Source: an uncultured Pseudomonadales bacterium
Lineage (GTDB): Bacteria > Patescibacteriota > Microgenomatia > UBA1400 > UBA1396
Direction: 5' to 3'
Assembly: GCA_964511175.1 (NCBI GenBank)
Contig: CAZEEI010000001.1
Span: forward strand, 147,187-211,186
Length of the DNA: 64,000 nucleotides
The translations under genes were made by a program, and so were the position numbers. The notes under the pieces were generated by a model. The model did no database searches. It was not told the origin of the DNA and saw nothing but the letters and a program-made list of their open reading frames with translations. Positions 17,515 to 27,660 of this stretch are shown in pieces (the first letter of the stretch is position 1; each line of letters opens with the position of its first letter).

Positions 17515-17724
17515 TCAACGGTTAGCTTTACTAGTATCGTATTGGGACTTAACTTTGCGCCGCAAAGCGCTGACCTCTTCGCCTAGTTTAGCCAATTGTT
17601 CCGCCAATAAAGCCGGGTCATATTTAGACAACGTATTGGTTAAACTCTGTATAGAGAAAATACCGTCTTGGATATCGGTGTTAACCATTTCGCCCAGTTC
17701 AACCCTTTTTAGTTTTTTAGCCAT
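17515..17724 (-). CDS. hypothetical small coiled-coil protein
   Basis: 69-aa ORF with upstream TGTTATAAT box. Confidence 0.3.
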   Translation of the reverse strand: MAKKLKRVELGEMVNTDIQDGIFSIQSLTNTLSKYDPALLAEQLAKLGEEVSALRRKVKSQYDTSKANR

Positions 17725-17758
17725 AACTCTTGCTTTCTAGTTTTCCTGTTCGGCCCGA

Positions 17759-19867
17759 TTATAACACGTGTTTGGTTGGTTTAATCCGTAACCGTGCATC
17801 CAAAATCCGCACTCCCCTGCCCTGCGGCAAGACAACCACCGGATTAAGATCCAGCTCGCTAATCTCCGGATGATCGTGGAGTAGTTGGGAAACTCGACCC
17901 AGACATTCGATTACGGCTTTACGATCAAGCTTGGGTTGCCCGCGCATTCCCTGAAAGATGGGACTGAACTCGACGTGATCAACCAGACGAATTGCGTCGC
18001 GCCGCGTCAGTGGTATCAAACCAAAGCGAGCCGACTTGAACACCTCCGTGTAGATACCACCCAGACCGAATAGCAGATAAGCCCCTACTTCTGCCTCGCG
18101 TTGTCCACCGATGATTGTTTCAAAACCGTGGTCGATTTGTTCGGCTATCAGGAAGCCGGTGATTTTGGCCCGCGGCGCGCGGTGGGCGACGTTTTTCATT
18201 AATTTAAGAATGCTGGCCAGCGCGTTGTCTGGCGTGACGTTGAGCAGTACCCCACCTACGTCGCTTTTATGAAGGATGTCGGGCGAAACAATCTTGAGCA
18301 CACAGGGTGCGCCGATTTGTTGGACAGCGGCGGCCACTTGGTTTTCGCTGCGCACTAAACGGTGCCGCAGAATTGGCAAACGGTAGGCTTGGAGCAGGGC
18401 CAAAATGTCCGGTTCTAATAAATAACCGTCTTGTTTGGCGCGGTGCAGGATTCGGTGGACGGCACGTTTGTCGACGCCGCGGAAACGGAATATTTCGCGC
18501 GGCTTAAGGCGTTGCCAGGGACGCCAGCGCTGCAGAGCGGCCAGGGCCTGGATGCCGGTTTCCGGGAAGGAAGCAGTGGCGACGCCGCCTTGTTCGAGGG
18601 TGTTAACGCCTGGTTCAACCAGCTCATCGCCGATAAAGTTGACGACCAGTGGTTTACGGCTGGCGCGTTTGCACTCAACTAGGGCGCGCGCGGTGGCGGT
18701 GACCTGGGTCATGGACTGGGGAGTAAGAATGACGAGGAGGGCGTCAACTTGCGGATCAGAGAGCACCGCGCGCGCCACCGCTTGGTAACGTGACGCGTCG
18801 GCATCGCCAAGAATATCTACCGGATTAGTAATGGCCGCTGCCGCCGGCAATATTTTTTTCAATTGTCGAATCGTAGCGGGAGTTAAGGCAGCTGGTTTGA
18901 GATCTTCTGCGGCCAGCTGGTCAGCGGCAATCACCCCGGCGCCACCGGCGTTAGTGACCACCGCCACGCGGTTCCCTTTGGGTAAGCGGTTGTGAGCGAA
19001 ACAATCGGCCAACAAGAAAAACTCCTCCAGCGACTGCGCCCGGATCAGACCGCTTTGGGCAAAGAGAGCTTGGTAAATGGCCTCGCTGCCACCGATCGCC
19101 CCGGTGTGAGAGCGGGCCGCGGCCGCGCCGGCCGCGGTGCGGCCGGACTTTAAGACGATAATCGGTTTCGGCCGCGGCCCGCTCTGAATCGACCGCGCCA
19201 ACCGCAATAAATCCGGCAAATCGTTGAGCTGTTCCACGTACAACATGATCACACTCGTATCAGCGTCGTGCCAAAGATAGGTCAGAATTTCTTGTTCGCC
19301 AACCATCGCTTTGTTGCCAATGCTGATAAATTTGGAAAAACCCAGATTCAAACCCCGCGCGTAATCCAGCGCCGCTGTCCCCAGTGCGCCGCTCTGCGAC
19401 ACAAAAGCAACCCGCCCTGCTGGCGGTAAAACCGAGGCAAACGAGGCATTCATTTTTAACGCCGGGACAATCACTCCCAAACAGTTGGGGCCGATCAAAG
19501 TGATATGGTAGTGTTTGGCGATTTTAACCAGTTCCGCTTCCGCCCCCTGGTTGCCGCTCTCGCGGAAGCCCGCGCTGATCACCACTGCGGCCGGGATTTT
19601 TTTCCGTCCGGCTTCGGCCAAAACGATTGGCACTACGGCTGCTGGCACGGCAATCACCGCTAAATCGACGTGCTGGGGAATGGCCTTAAGATTAGGCCGA
19701 ACTGCCAAACCGTAAAGTTCGCCCCCCTTTGGATTAACGGGAAAAACTTTGCCGGCATAACCTTGTGTTGCCAAGTTTTTCACCAAGTCGTTACCCACAC
19801 TGCCCACTTCATGTGAGGCGCCGATGACGGCGATCGATTGGGGGGCAAAGACGGCGTGCAGGTTCAT
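17759..19867 (-). CDS. acetyl-CoA synthetase (ADP-forming), fused alpha-beta
   Basis: CoA-binding N-terminal domain, succinyl-CoA-synthetase-like middle, ATP-grasp C-terminal region; about 700 aa. Confidence 0.85.
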   Translation of the reverse strand: MNLHAVFAPQSIAVIGASHEVGSVGNDLVKNLATQGYAGKVFPVNPKGGELYGLAVRPNLKAIPQHVDLAVIAVPAAVVPIVLAEAGRKKIPAAVVISAGFRESGNQGAEAELVKIAKHYHITLIGPNCLGVIVPALKMNASFASVLPPAGRVAFVSQSGALGTAALDYARGLNLGFSKFISIGNKAMVGEQEILTYLWHDADTSVIMLYVEQLNDLPDLLRLARSIQSGPRPKPIIVLKSGRTAAGAAAARSHTGAIGGSEAIYQALFAQSGLIRAQSLEEFFLLADCFAHNRLPKGNRVAVVTNAGGAGVIAADQLAAEDLKPAALTPATIRQLKKILPAAAAITNPVDILGDADASRYQAVARAVLSDPQVDALLVILTPQSMTQVTATARALVECKRASRKPLVVNFIGDELVEPGVNTLEQGGVATASFPETGIQALAALQRWRPWQRLKPREIFRFRGVDKRAVHRILHRAKQDGYLLEPDILALLQAYRLPILRHRLVRSENQVAAAVQQIGAPCVLKIVSPDILHKSDVGGVLLNVTPDNALASILKLMKNVAHRAPRAKITGFLIAEQIDHGFETIIGGQREAEVGAYLLFGLGGIYTEVFKSARFGLIPLTRRDAIRLVDHVEFSPIFQGMRGQPKLDRKAVIECLGRVSQLLHDHPEISELDLNPVVVLPQGRGVRILDARLRIKPTKHVL

Positions 19868-19989
19868 GGGCAGGATCCTGTGGTTAGTGTAACAAAATTA
19901 TAGCCCGGCTGGTTATGGAAGCAAAAACAATGCGTTCCAGATTGATGCGATATAGTCATATATGCATATATGTTGTACAATAAGCGCCT

Positions 19990-20835
19990 ATGCCAAATCA
20001 ACATCGCTACGATATACCAGAAGGTACGATTGATATCGAAGATAAAGATCTGAAGGCAATACGCCAAAGAACTGAGGCTAAACGCATTCGGGGTCTAGCT
20101 GATGGTTTTCTAACGCAAGTTAGTAGACGTCCCCTGACCAGTTTTAGCCCTGCCGAACTAGATTTATTATTGGCTAGCTGTGAATTTTCTGATTTTTCGG
20201 CACAATTAAGCGAAGAAAGAGGTTTGGCAGATGTGGTTGAGGTTACAGTAAGTATTGGTATTATGGTTGTAATAATTGCTTTTGTTTACGCCCATTTCCA
20301 AGTTGCCGAACGTCAGGCGTCGCTGTTTACCACTGATTTTTTAGGAGCAATATCGGTAGCGATGCTGGCTACAGTTGGTGGTCTTAGTATTCATACCTTA
20401 AAAAAGAAGCTAGCCAGTATGTCAGAGCAGTCTTCTTTTCGTGGGGTTGTTTTGGATCATCAAGCACTTAATTTAGATGAGATTTCCGATTTTGTTGATT
20501 CTGATGCTAATACTGCTCACCTTAATCGCCTGCAGCAAATTGTTACCGCCACTGCTAAATTGGTTGACGAGGAAATAAAATCGGGACGAACTATGGGTCT
20601 TACTCTGGAACAAGCACCAGTTTTTGCCCAGGCTGTGGCCGCCAACCTCAACCGTGATCAGCGGAATTTCTTGCGTTCAGAATTAGAGCACAGGCAAAAG
20701 AAAGTGGCACCGACTAGTCCAGCGGTAGACGACCAAAGCTCCGGACAAGAAAACGATCAAGATCGTTTGACTGAGCTGTATTATCGGTCAATACGGCAGC
20801 GTCATGCGGCGTTGAGTTCGAATGAGTCTCGTTAG
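19990..20835 (+). CDS. membrane paralog family 2 member
   Basis: SPAELDLLLASCE motif followed by TM helices; C-terminal A.AAANLN motif. Confidence 0.45.
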   Translation: MPNQHRYDIPEGTIDIEDKDLKAIRQRTEAKRIRGLADGFLTQVSRRPLTSFSPAELDLLLASCEFSDFSAQLSEERGLADVVEVTVSIGIMVVIIAFVYAHFQVAERQASLFTTDFLGAISVAMLATVGGLSIHTLKKKLASMSEQSSFRGVVLDHQALNLDEISDFVDSDANTAHLNRLQQIVTATAKLVDEEIKSGRTMGLTLEQAPVFAQAVAANLNRDQRNFLRSELEHRQKKVAPTSPAVDDQSSGQENDQDRLTELYYRSIRQRHAALSSNESR

Positions 20836-20842
20836 ATGCTAA

Positions 20843-21556
20843 TTGACTAGAGTCAAATTTGCTACAATAACCATGACTATGGTTAGGTTGAGACGGTCGG
20901 TTAAAAACGAAGCGGATCTAGGTGGTTTAGATTCCCTTTTCCCCTCCGCTGAGCAATCGGCCGAAGCTTTTTTTCAGCAAATTCAAGCCACGCCGATTGA
21001 AGAATTATCGCGTGGACAAGTAGACTTACTGCAGGCTTGTCGGGAGCTGGTCGAGCGAACCGAAAATAAGCCGGTTGATTACCTACTTTTTTTGCTTCTA
21101 ATCGCCAATATTGTCTATTTGGTGGTCGGTTTAGCGGCGCTGGATCCTCGGGCTCCTACTGTCGAGTACGTGGCTGTGCTGGCTCTCCCCTTCGCTAGTG
21201 TATTATTAGCTGCCTTGGTTGCCTTGATCACCGGTTTACACGAAGCGCCACCTTTTTTCGATGATATCGATTGGGACCGGGAATTAAGTCAATCAGCACC
21301 GACCTTTCATCGTAAAGCCAGATATTTAGCAACCGCCGCGGCCGCCAATTTAAATATTGATTTTGTTCCCGCCGACGCCGAAATTTTTGCTAAAAAACTA
21401 ATGTCGCTGGTGCCGCCGGAATGGGGTAAACCACTGCGCCAGTCGGCTATTCGTCATCATCGGCAGGTTAAGCAAGATAAGCGGATCGAATCTTTAGCGA
21501 GGGATGATAGTAGTATTGTTCAGGCCGTTAAGCGACGTCTTCGTAATCACCGTTAG
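20843..21556 (+). CDS. membrane paralog family 2 member
   Basis: QVDLLQACRE motif, TM helices, ATAAAANLNIDF. Confidence 0.45.
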   Translation: MTRVKFATITMTMVRLRRSVKNEADLGGLDSLFPSAEQSAEAFFQQIQATPIEELSRGQVDLLQACRELVERTENKPVDYLLFLLLIANIVYLVVGLAALDPRAPTVEYVAVLALPFASVLLAALVALITGLHEAPPFFDDIDWDRELSQSAPTFHRKARYLATAAAANLNIDFVPADAEIFAKKLMSLVPPEWGKPLRQSAIRHHRQVKQDKRIESLARDDSSIVQAVKRRLRNHR

Positions 21557-21625
21557 CCAGATCATGCGGTATAATCTGATCTAGATAACAATCCATCTTT
21601 TTACTGTGTATCACTACACTACTAC

Positions 21626-22270
21626 ATGAAAAAAAGTAACTATCGATGGTACTATAGGACTATGAATAAACCGTCTTCCCACCCCGACACTGAGCCTCGT
21701 TTCACCGAGTATACGGTACAGAGTCAAACCGAAGCCTGGCTCAAAAGAATTCAGCGTGCCAAGTCCATATTTCAGTTGCCATCGCCGGATTTTACACCAG
21801 CGGATCTTGATTTGTTGCGTGCCTGTTGGGAACATACCCGCGTTTTAGATCGTGAATCGACGGGCAGAACAATCGTTGCCCTTTTAGCGATTAATTTGAT
21901 TTTGTACTTAGCCGGTACTGGTCTGGATCCCGCTATGGTCGAAAAAGTGATTGGTGTTTTACCAGTAGTCAGCACTACAGCCGGAGGGTACTAGGCCTTA
22001 AGGAAACATTCGTATCAAAAACCCCTCGCCCACCGGATTCTTACGGCACCCTGGGACGAGGAGACTGGATTTAGTGACCAAGAAGCAACGCGAATAGTGG
22101 TGGCAAGATTGGCCAACCAGGTGAAGGAATTCCAAAATGCTGGCGTGAGTGTGAGTGTCTGGAGTAATCAGGCAACGGAATTAGCCCGTCGAGTAGTAGC
22201 GGCCACCGCTAATCGCCGCCAAGAATTGCAGGTTCTTAATCGCGGTGCCCATCAGCATAACCGTAACCGT
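21626..22270 (+). pseudogene. membrane paralog family 2 member interrupted by in-frame TAG at 21992-21994
   Basis: ORF 21626-21994 continues in the same frame after the TAG for 92 more codons whose sequence (VVAATANRRQEL) is homologous to paralog C-termini. Confidence 0.5.
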
Positions 22271-22282
22271 TGAAATTTGATC

Positions 22283-22930
22283 TCACTCCCGTAAAAAATG
22301 GAACGAACTGAGGATGCGGTCAAACTCTGCCTGGCCGTCGGGGTAGTTTTCCAGGTTATAGCCAGCCCGCAATTGGTAAGTTTGGCCGCCTTTTTCCAAA
22401 CGCACCTCCAGTAATTGGCCGGAAACGGTTGCAGGATTAGTGAAAACAAAATAGGTTCCGCGCGCCCCGTCCAACACTACGTCTTTTTGTTCAGCGATGG
22501 CCCCGGCCGGCTGGGGATCAACGCTTAACGGTTGATTTAGCACGTGTACCTGCAAGTCGATCCCAGCCTGGTAGGTGAAGCGATTAGTAATTCCCTCCCG
22601 CGGCGTAGTGACCTTAGTGCGGTAGTCCGGGCTCTGGGCGAATAGGCTGGAAAGGGCAAGTTGATCAGCTTTGTCTAAGGCAACTTGCCAATCAGCCGGC
22701 AACTGGAGAGAGTACAAACCACCGGCGTCCTGAATAGTTTGGCGGGGTGAGGCGGAATCGGTAGCACTAAAACCGAAGTCAGTATTGGCTACGGCGGTGG
22801 GGGTTGGTGTCGGTGTAGTCACTACGGCAGCCGGCGGCGGATTAGCTCCCCAGTGGCCCAACCCAAAACCAACACCCAAACCGACCAAGAGCAGGCCAAT
22901 CGTGCCCAGAACCAAACCCATTTGTTTCAT
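22283..22930 (-). CDS. secreted hypothetical protein
   Basis: Signal peptide, Pro/Thr-rich linker, globular C-terminal domain. Confidence 0.45.
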   Translation of the reverse strand: MKQMGLVLGTIGLLLVGLGVGFGLGHWGANPPPAAVVTTPTPTPTAVANTDFGFSATDSASPRQTIQDAGGLYSLQLPADWQVALDKADQLALSSLFAQSPDYRTKVTTPREGITNRFTYQAGIDLQVHVLNQPLSVDPQPAGAIAEQKDVVLDGARGTYFVFTNPATVSGQLLEVRLEKGGQTYQLRAGYNLENYPDGQAEFDRILSSFHFLRE

Positions 22931-22997
22931 AATTTTCCCTGTGCTTCTAATAATACCTCTTTATCGAATTTAAAAAAGTAAAGGCGGAAAAGGTAAG

Positions 22998-24815
22998 CTA
23001 TATTTTCATGGCACTAGCGATACTAGCCGCATCAATCCCTGCCGCTGCCAGGTTTTCGGCCGAAGTACCGCTGTGGGGCAGACCGCGCACGGCTAAGTGG
23101 GTTAGCTTGACCGGTTCGTTGCCCAGAGCCGAACGCACCGCCTCGCCCATGCCGCCGGCCGCGTAGTGGTCTTCGACGACAATTAAGTGTTTGGTGTTGC
23201 GGACGGCTTGGACTAAAGTTGCGGTGTCGATCGGCTGAATACTATATAGGTCGATAACCCGTACGGCTATCCCCTGCTGCGCCAACCGATCCGCTGCCTT
23301 CAAGGCTTCGTGGAGGGTAATGCCTGCCGCCACAATCGTCGCTTGGTCATGGTCACTGTGGCGCAAAGTGTGGCTACCGCCCACTTTGAACTCAGTGTCA
23401 GGAGTGTATAAGACCGGCACCGCTTGACGGGTAGAGCGCAAATAAACCATACCTGGATAGGCGGCGGCTAATTCGACTAATTTCAACATCGAAGGGTAAT
23501 CGCTGGGATAGAGTACAGTGCAGCCAAATAAGGAGCGGAACAGGGCGATGTCCTCCAGACCCATTTGCGATACGCCGTCTGCGCCGATCGCCACGCCCGC
23601 GTGCGAACCGCACAATTTTAGGTTGGCTAGGGAGTAAGCCGCCATGCGGAGCTGGTCGAAGGCGCGCGGCCAGAAGGCGGCCAAGGTACTAAGGAACGGT
23701 ATCTGGCCGCGCGCCGCCAATCCTGCCCCCACTCCCACCATGTTCTGCTCGGCGATAAACATTTCGTAGAAACGGTGTGGGTACTTTTGTTGGAATCGAT
23801 CGCTAAAAGTCGAGTTGCTCAAATCGGCATCCAAAACCAGCAACTCTGGATAGGTGTTGGCTAAACGAACTAAACCGTCGCCGTAGCCTTCGCGCACGGC
23901 GGCCAGCTGGCTGGCGGGTGGAATCACAGGTGGCAAAGTGGCACGTTGCGGCGGGGCAATTAAGGCTGCAGTAATTGGTTGCGCCAGCTGGCCGCGCCAC
24001 GATTGGTCGACCGGTCCCAGTTCGGCCAAAGCGGTCGCCAGCCGTTCCGGCGGCACAACCTTAGCGTGGCGATTTTCCCGATCCTCGAGAACGGCGATTT
24101 CCTTCCCTTTCAGTGTATGGGCAATAATCATTACCGGTTGGTCGGTACTTTGCCGTGCCGTGGCGTAGGCTTGGCTGATGGCGGCTAAATCGTGGCCGTC
24201 GATCACTAGGGCCTGCCAGCCAAAAGCGGTCACCCGCTGCTGGTAAGCCACAACTTGGTGGCCAAACTGAGTGGGGCCAGTTTGTGCCAAGCGGTTGACA
24301 TCGATAATACCGATCAAGTTGCCCAAGCGGTAATGCGCTGCCAGTTGAATTGCCTCCCAAATACTGCCTTCGGCCATCTCCCCGTCGCCGAGCAGGACAA
24401 AGGTGCGGTAATCCAGGTGCTGCCGCTGAACCTGCAGTGCCATGCCTAGTCCTACGGAAAGTCCCTGTCCCAATGAGCCGGTGGCGACTTCCGTCCACGG
24501 GAAGTCCGGCAGCGGGTGGCCCTGGAGTGGGCTGTTGAGCTGACGCAGGGTGGTGAGTTTTTCAGCAGGGAAAGCGCCGGCTGCCGCCCACAGCGCGTAC
24601 AACAGCGGGGCCGCGTGGCCTTTGGAAAAAATCAAGCGATCATTGTTGGGATAATTGCGTTCGTCCAACCGAAAGCGGAAGTGGCCGTCAAAAAACAGGG
24701 AGGCTATCAGGTCGGCGGCCGAAAGACAGGAGGTAGGGTGACCCGAGCCAGCCGCCGTAGTAGCGGTGAGCGACCAGTAGCGCAGCAGGCGAGCCAATTC
24801 GGCAGTGGTGGGCAT
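22998..24815 (-). CDS. tkt: transketolase (fused N- and C-terminal halves)
   Basis: TPP-binding N-terminal region and HSGTS.. pyrimidine-binding half; start set at MPTTAELARLL so the palindromic repeat cluster lies upstream. Confidence 0.8.
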   Translation of the reverse strand: MPTTAELARLLRYWSLTATTAAGSGHPTSCLSAADLIASLFFDGHFRFRLDERNYPNNDRLIFSKGHAAPLLYALWAAAGAFPAEKLTTLRQLNSPLQGHPLPDFPWTEVATGSLGQGLSVGLGMALQVQRQHLDYRTFVLLGDGEMAEGSIWEAIQLAAHYRLGNLIGIIDVNRLAQTGPTQFGHQVVAYQQRVTAFGWQALVIDGHDLAAISQAYATARQSTDQPVMIIAHTLKGKEIAVLEDRENRHAKVVPPERLATALAELGPVDQSWRGQLAQPITAALIAPPQRATLPPVIPPASQLAAVREGYGDGLVRLANTYPELLVLDADLSNSTFSDRFQQKYPHRFYEMFIAEQNMVGVGAGLAARGQIPFLSTLAAFWPRAFDQLRMAAYSLANLKLCGSHAGVAIGADGVSQMGLEDIALFRSLFGCTVLYPSDYPSMLKLVELAAAYPGMVYLRSTRQAVPVLYTPDTEFKVGGSHTLRHSDHDQATIVAAGITLHEALKAADRLAQQGIAVRVIDLYSIQPIDTATLVQAVRNTKHLIVVEDHYAAGGMGEAVRSALGNEPVKLTHLAVRGLPHSGTSAENLAAAGIDAASIASAMKI

Positions 24816-24837
24816 TGGTTCTATTGTACAGGGTCTG

Positions 24838-24883
24838 ACCCCGGCATGGGTCAGACCCTGCCATAGGTCTGACTCGGCCACCA
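24838..24883. repeat. cluster of three GTC(A/T)GAC palindromic units (17-bp period)
   Basis: gggtctgacc-ccggcatg-ggtcagacc-ctgccata-ggtctgac read directly. Confidence 0.7.
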
Positions 24884-26155
24884 TTTCTGCACAAACAATC
24901 TCAGCCGATAAACAAAACCAATTTTTTCAGGCTCCAGTACAGCATCTTGTCTCAGCTCACTCCCGCGGGCAATGATCATATTTTGCCCAGAGGTTTTATA
25001 TTTATTGCCGCCAATTACCAACTCAACCGTGCCGGCTGGTAGGTTAAGGGCATAGTATCCCTGTTGGTCTGTAGTCGTACTATTGAGACCATCGCTGGTT
25101 TTAACCGGGATATCACTCAGTCGGTCGCCTAAAGTATTAGTGACCGCTCCCCCCACCTGTCCGGGAAGGAAGTAATTCCGCAGCACTTCCATAGCTAACC
25201 GCTCCGTGCCATTATTGTTCAGTAGTTTGGTAGTCCCGATCGTCAAAACGTTGTAATTAATCCCCAAGACATTAGCCTTGTTTTGGTAAAGCTGTTGTAA
25301 AACCTGATCAATAAACCGTGCTTGTTGTTTTTCGTCCATATCGCCGTTAATATCCGGATTCGGTGCCCCAAATTCCCCCAACAGCACCTTAGTCTGCCAT
25401 TTTTGGGAAAAATAATTAATATATTGACTCATCGAGGTTGGATCTTTGGCGTAATGGTCGATGGTTACCAAGTGATCCAAAGCGGCAAAAGTTGGCTGAT
25501 CCAAAACTTCTTTGGCTCGGCCACCGATAATCGAAAGAATATTGGTGGAGACTTTTTTATCAATCTTGCCGAAAGCAGTGCCGAGCAAAACCCTCTGGCT
25601 GCGGACAAATTGATTGTATTCGTTATTCCTGTCCGGCTGCGGCCAGAATCCCGCGTTCTCACATTCGGGACAGGGGTCAAAGATATCCCCGTCGGCAAAA
25701 AGGTTGGCGTGCGTTTCGATAAAAGTGGCCGTTTTTGCCTGGTGTTGAGCCGGTGTCAAGTTTTTAGGGTAATCGAACCAACCTTCCCAGTTGCACCAGT
25801 TGCCACGGAACCAAACTTTTAGCCCAGCCTGACGAGCCAGTTTTACCCAGCGTTCCAAGTAAGGTAGGAATTCGTCGTCGTAAGGTGTATCGATCGCTAC
25901 GTAGTTGGCGCCCAAACTTTTAATGGCGGTTAATTCACTCATTATTTCTTGGTCGAATTTCCGGTCTAACAATTTAGCCCGCGCCAAATCGCGGGAAGTC
26001 TTCATGGTGTCGACCGACCGGATCGGCCATAAATCACGCGGTTGCTCCGGTGGGTTTAACGCCGGTTGGGGTCGAGGAGCCAGCCAAAAAAGGAGAAGTG
26101 CCACGGCAACACCTAAAAACAACAGGATAAACAGTAACCGCAATTTCGTGATCAT
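24851..26155 (-). CDS. membrane-anchored putative glycoside hydrolase (TIM-barrel) with C-terminal beta-sandwich
   Basis: N-terminal TM, GANYVAIDTPYDDEF...WFRGNWCNWEGWF pattern reminiscent of GH5/GH113-like hydrolases; C-terminal carboxypeptidase-regulatory-like segment. Confidence 0.35.
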   Translation of the reverse strand: MITKLRLLFILLFLGVAVALLLFWLAPRPQPALNPPEQPRDLWPIRSVDTMKTSRDLARAKLLDRKFDQEIMSELTAIKSLGANYVAIDTPYDDEFLPYLERWVKLARQAGLKVWFRGNWCNWEGWFDYPKNLTPAQHQAKTATFIETHANLFADGDIFDPCPECENAGFWPQPDRNNEYNQFVRSQRVLLGTAFGKIDKKVSTNILSIIGGRAKEVLDQPTFAALDHLVTIDHYAKDPTSMSQYINYFSQKWQTKVLLGEFGAPNPDINGDMDEKQQARFIDQVLQQLYQNKANVLGINYNVLTIGTTKLLNNNGTERLAMEVLRNYFLPGQVGGAVTNTLGDRLSDIPVKTSDGLNSTTTDQQGYYALNLPAGTVELVIGGNKYKTSGQNMIIARGSELRQDAVLEPEKIGFVYRLRLFVQKWWPSQTYGRV

Positions 26156-27660
26156 CGGCGCTGGTAAATACCAAACTTTTCGTAGCTGTAAACTAGAACA
26201 TAATTTTTCTTAAAATCGGGATTGTTTTTTATCGCTTGATAAACCAGGTCGGCGGGATAAGACATGGTGGCGATATACTCCACGTTAGCGGACGGTTGTT
26301 TCAAAGCATTATCCCAATACTCCCGTGTGCCTTCGTGGACGTAAAGTTTCATAGGCAGCTGGGCGCGGGCCACAAAAGCATCGTGGGAGGCCAAACTGGT
26401 TAGGATCAAACCATCCTGGTAATGGTCGGCCAACCACCGGCTGGCCTCAACGGTGTAACGCGTATTGGCCAAACCCCTCAGACCGTCGACGAGGGTGATC
26501 GGTAAACCCTGATGAACAAAGATTATTGACTGTAAGATCAATATACCCGCTACCACAGGGAATATTTTTTTCCGTGAGGCCAAAATACCCAGCACCACCG
26601 CTAAAGCTGGCAGGGTCAATAGCCCGTAGCGGATGTTAAAGAGGCCGGGATTTTGTGCCGCTTGTGGCACGTTCATGGCCGATTGACCCAGGTATAAGGC
26701 CAACACGTTAAACGCCAAAGGAGAAAGTATGGCTAACAAAATGACCAATTGTTGTTTGGATTTAATCAGCCAAGGCGCGGCTAGTAAGCCAGCCAGTGAC
26801 AATAAGGCAATAATTAAACCATTGTTGGCAACTACCGCCCAAAGATAATAACTGAGTGATAACCACAGGTTGCCTTGGGTAGGTAGCTGGCCAGCGCTTT
26901 CTAAAACTTTTTGCTGGGCATAAGCCGAATAAGGGCCGCGGATGAAATATAAAGCGTCGCCAAAAATGGTTAAGTTCCATAAAAACCACAACAATATTCC
27001 CAAACCACCCAGGCTGACAAATAGGACAATAATTCCCTCAGCTTTTTTTCTGCCCAGTACTACCCAACTCCAGATTAACAGCAGTGCCGTGGTGCACAGC
27101 AAGAAAAACCAACCATCATACCTAATGAGCGTGGCGGCCATGATACAAACACTCGCCAAAAGCAAATGGAGTATTTCTTTATCCTGGATAAATTTAGCCA
27201 GGAAATAAGTGGCCACAATAAAGCTGGCGATCAGTAGTGTTTCCGTCATAGGAGTGGTGGCCAGGTAGAGCAAATTAGGATTAAGCCCCAGTACGAGGGT
27301 GCCTAGTGCCGCGGCCGGTTTATTTTTCGTTAGCAGCAGAATTAGCTGGTAAGTAAAAAATACGGCGGCAACGTACGCTGCCAACGAAACAATACTGCCC
27401 GCTAAAGCGGTGTGCCACATCATGTCATTCCAAGCCAGCGGTAACATCAGTAAGTGAGGTAGGGGTAGCCAAACGGTACCGATCTGTGCGAGTCCAGGAG
27501 TAAGGTTATCAATCATCCGGCGGGCAATATTGAGGTGGGAAGCGGCGTCATTATAAGTAAGGACATAACCATGGGAAAAAGAAAAGTACCAAGCGACTAA
27601 CGCCGCAACCACAGCGAACAACAATAAAAATTTGTCGTTACGACCGATTTTTTTGAACAT
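26152..27660 (-). CDS. polytopic membrane glycosyltransferase, GT39/GT83 (PMT/ArnT)-like
   Basis: About 12 predicted TM helices then soluble C-terminal domain. Confidence 0.4.
   Translation of the reverse strand: MFKKIGRNDKFLLLFAVVAALVAWYFSFSHGYVLTYNDAASHLNIARRMIDNLTPGLAQIGTVWLPLPHLLMLPLAWNDMMWHTALAGSIVSLAAYVAAVFFTYQLILLLTKNKPAAALGTLVLGLNPNLLYLATTPMTETLLIASFIVATYFLAKFIQDKEILHLLLASVCIMAATLIRYDGWFFLLCTTALLLIWSWVVLGRKKAEGIIVLFVSLGGLGILLWFLWNLTIFGDALYFIRGPYSAYAQQKVLESAGQLPTQGNLWLSLSYYLWAVVANNGLIIALLSLAGLLAAPWLIKSKQQLVILLAILSPLAFNVLALYLGQSAMNVPQAAQNPGLFNIRYGLLTLPALAVVLGILASRKKIFPVVAGILILQSIIFVHQGLPITLVDGLRGLANTRYTVEASRWLADHYQDGLILTSLASHDAFVARAQLPMKLYVHEGTREYWDNALKQPSANVEYIATMSYPADLVYQAIKNNPDFKKNYVLVYSYEKFGIYQRR

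Noticed and set aside
18307-18788. ORFs 18307-18507, 18431-18682, 18435-18788 and 18415-18678
   Set aside because: Nested within the ADP-forming acetyl-CoA synthetase gene on alternate frames or strands; GC-rich shadow ORFs.
23398-24866. Several 60-145-aa ORFs on both strands (for example 24061-24498 and 24516-24866)
   Set aside because: All are embedded in the transketolase coding region (high GC, long stop-free shadow frames); none has a domain signature.
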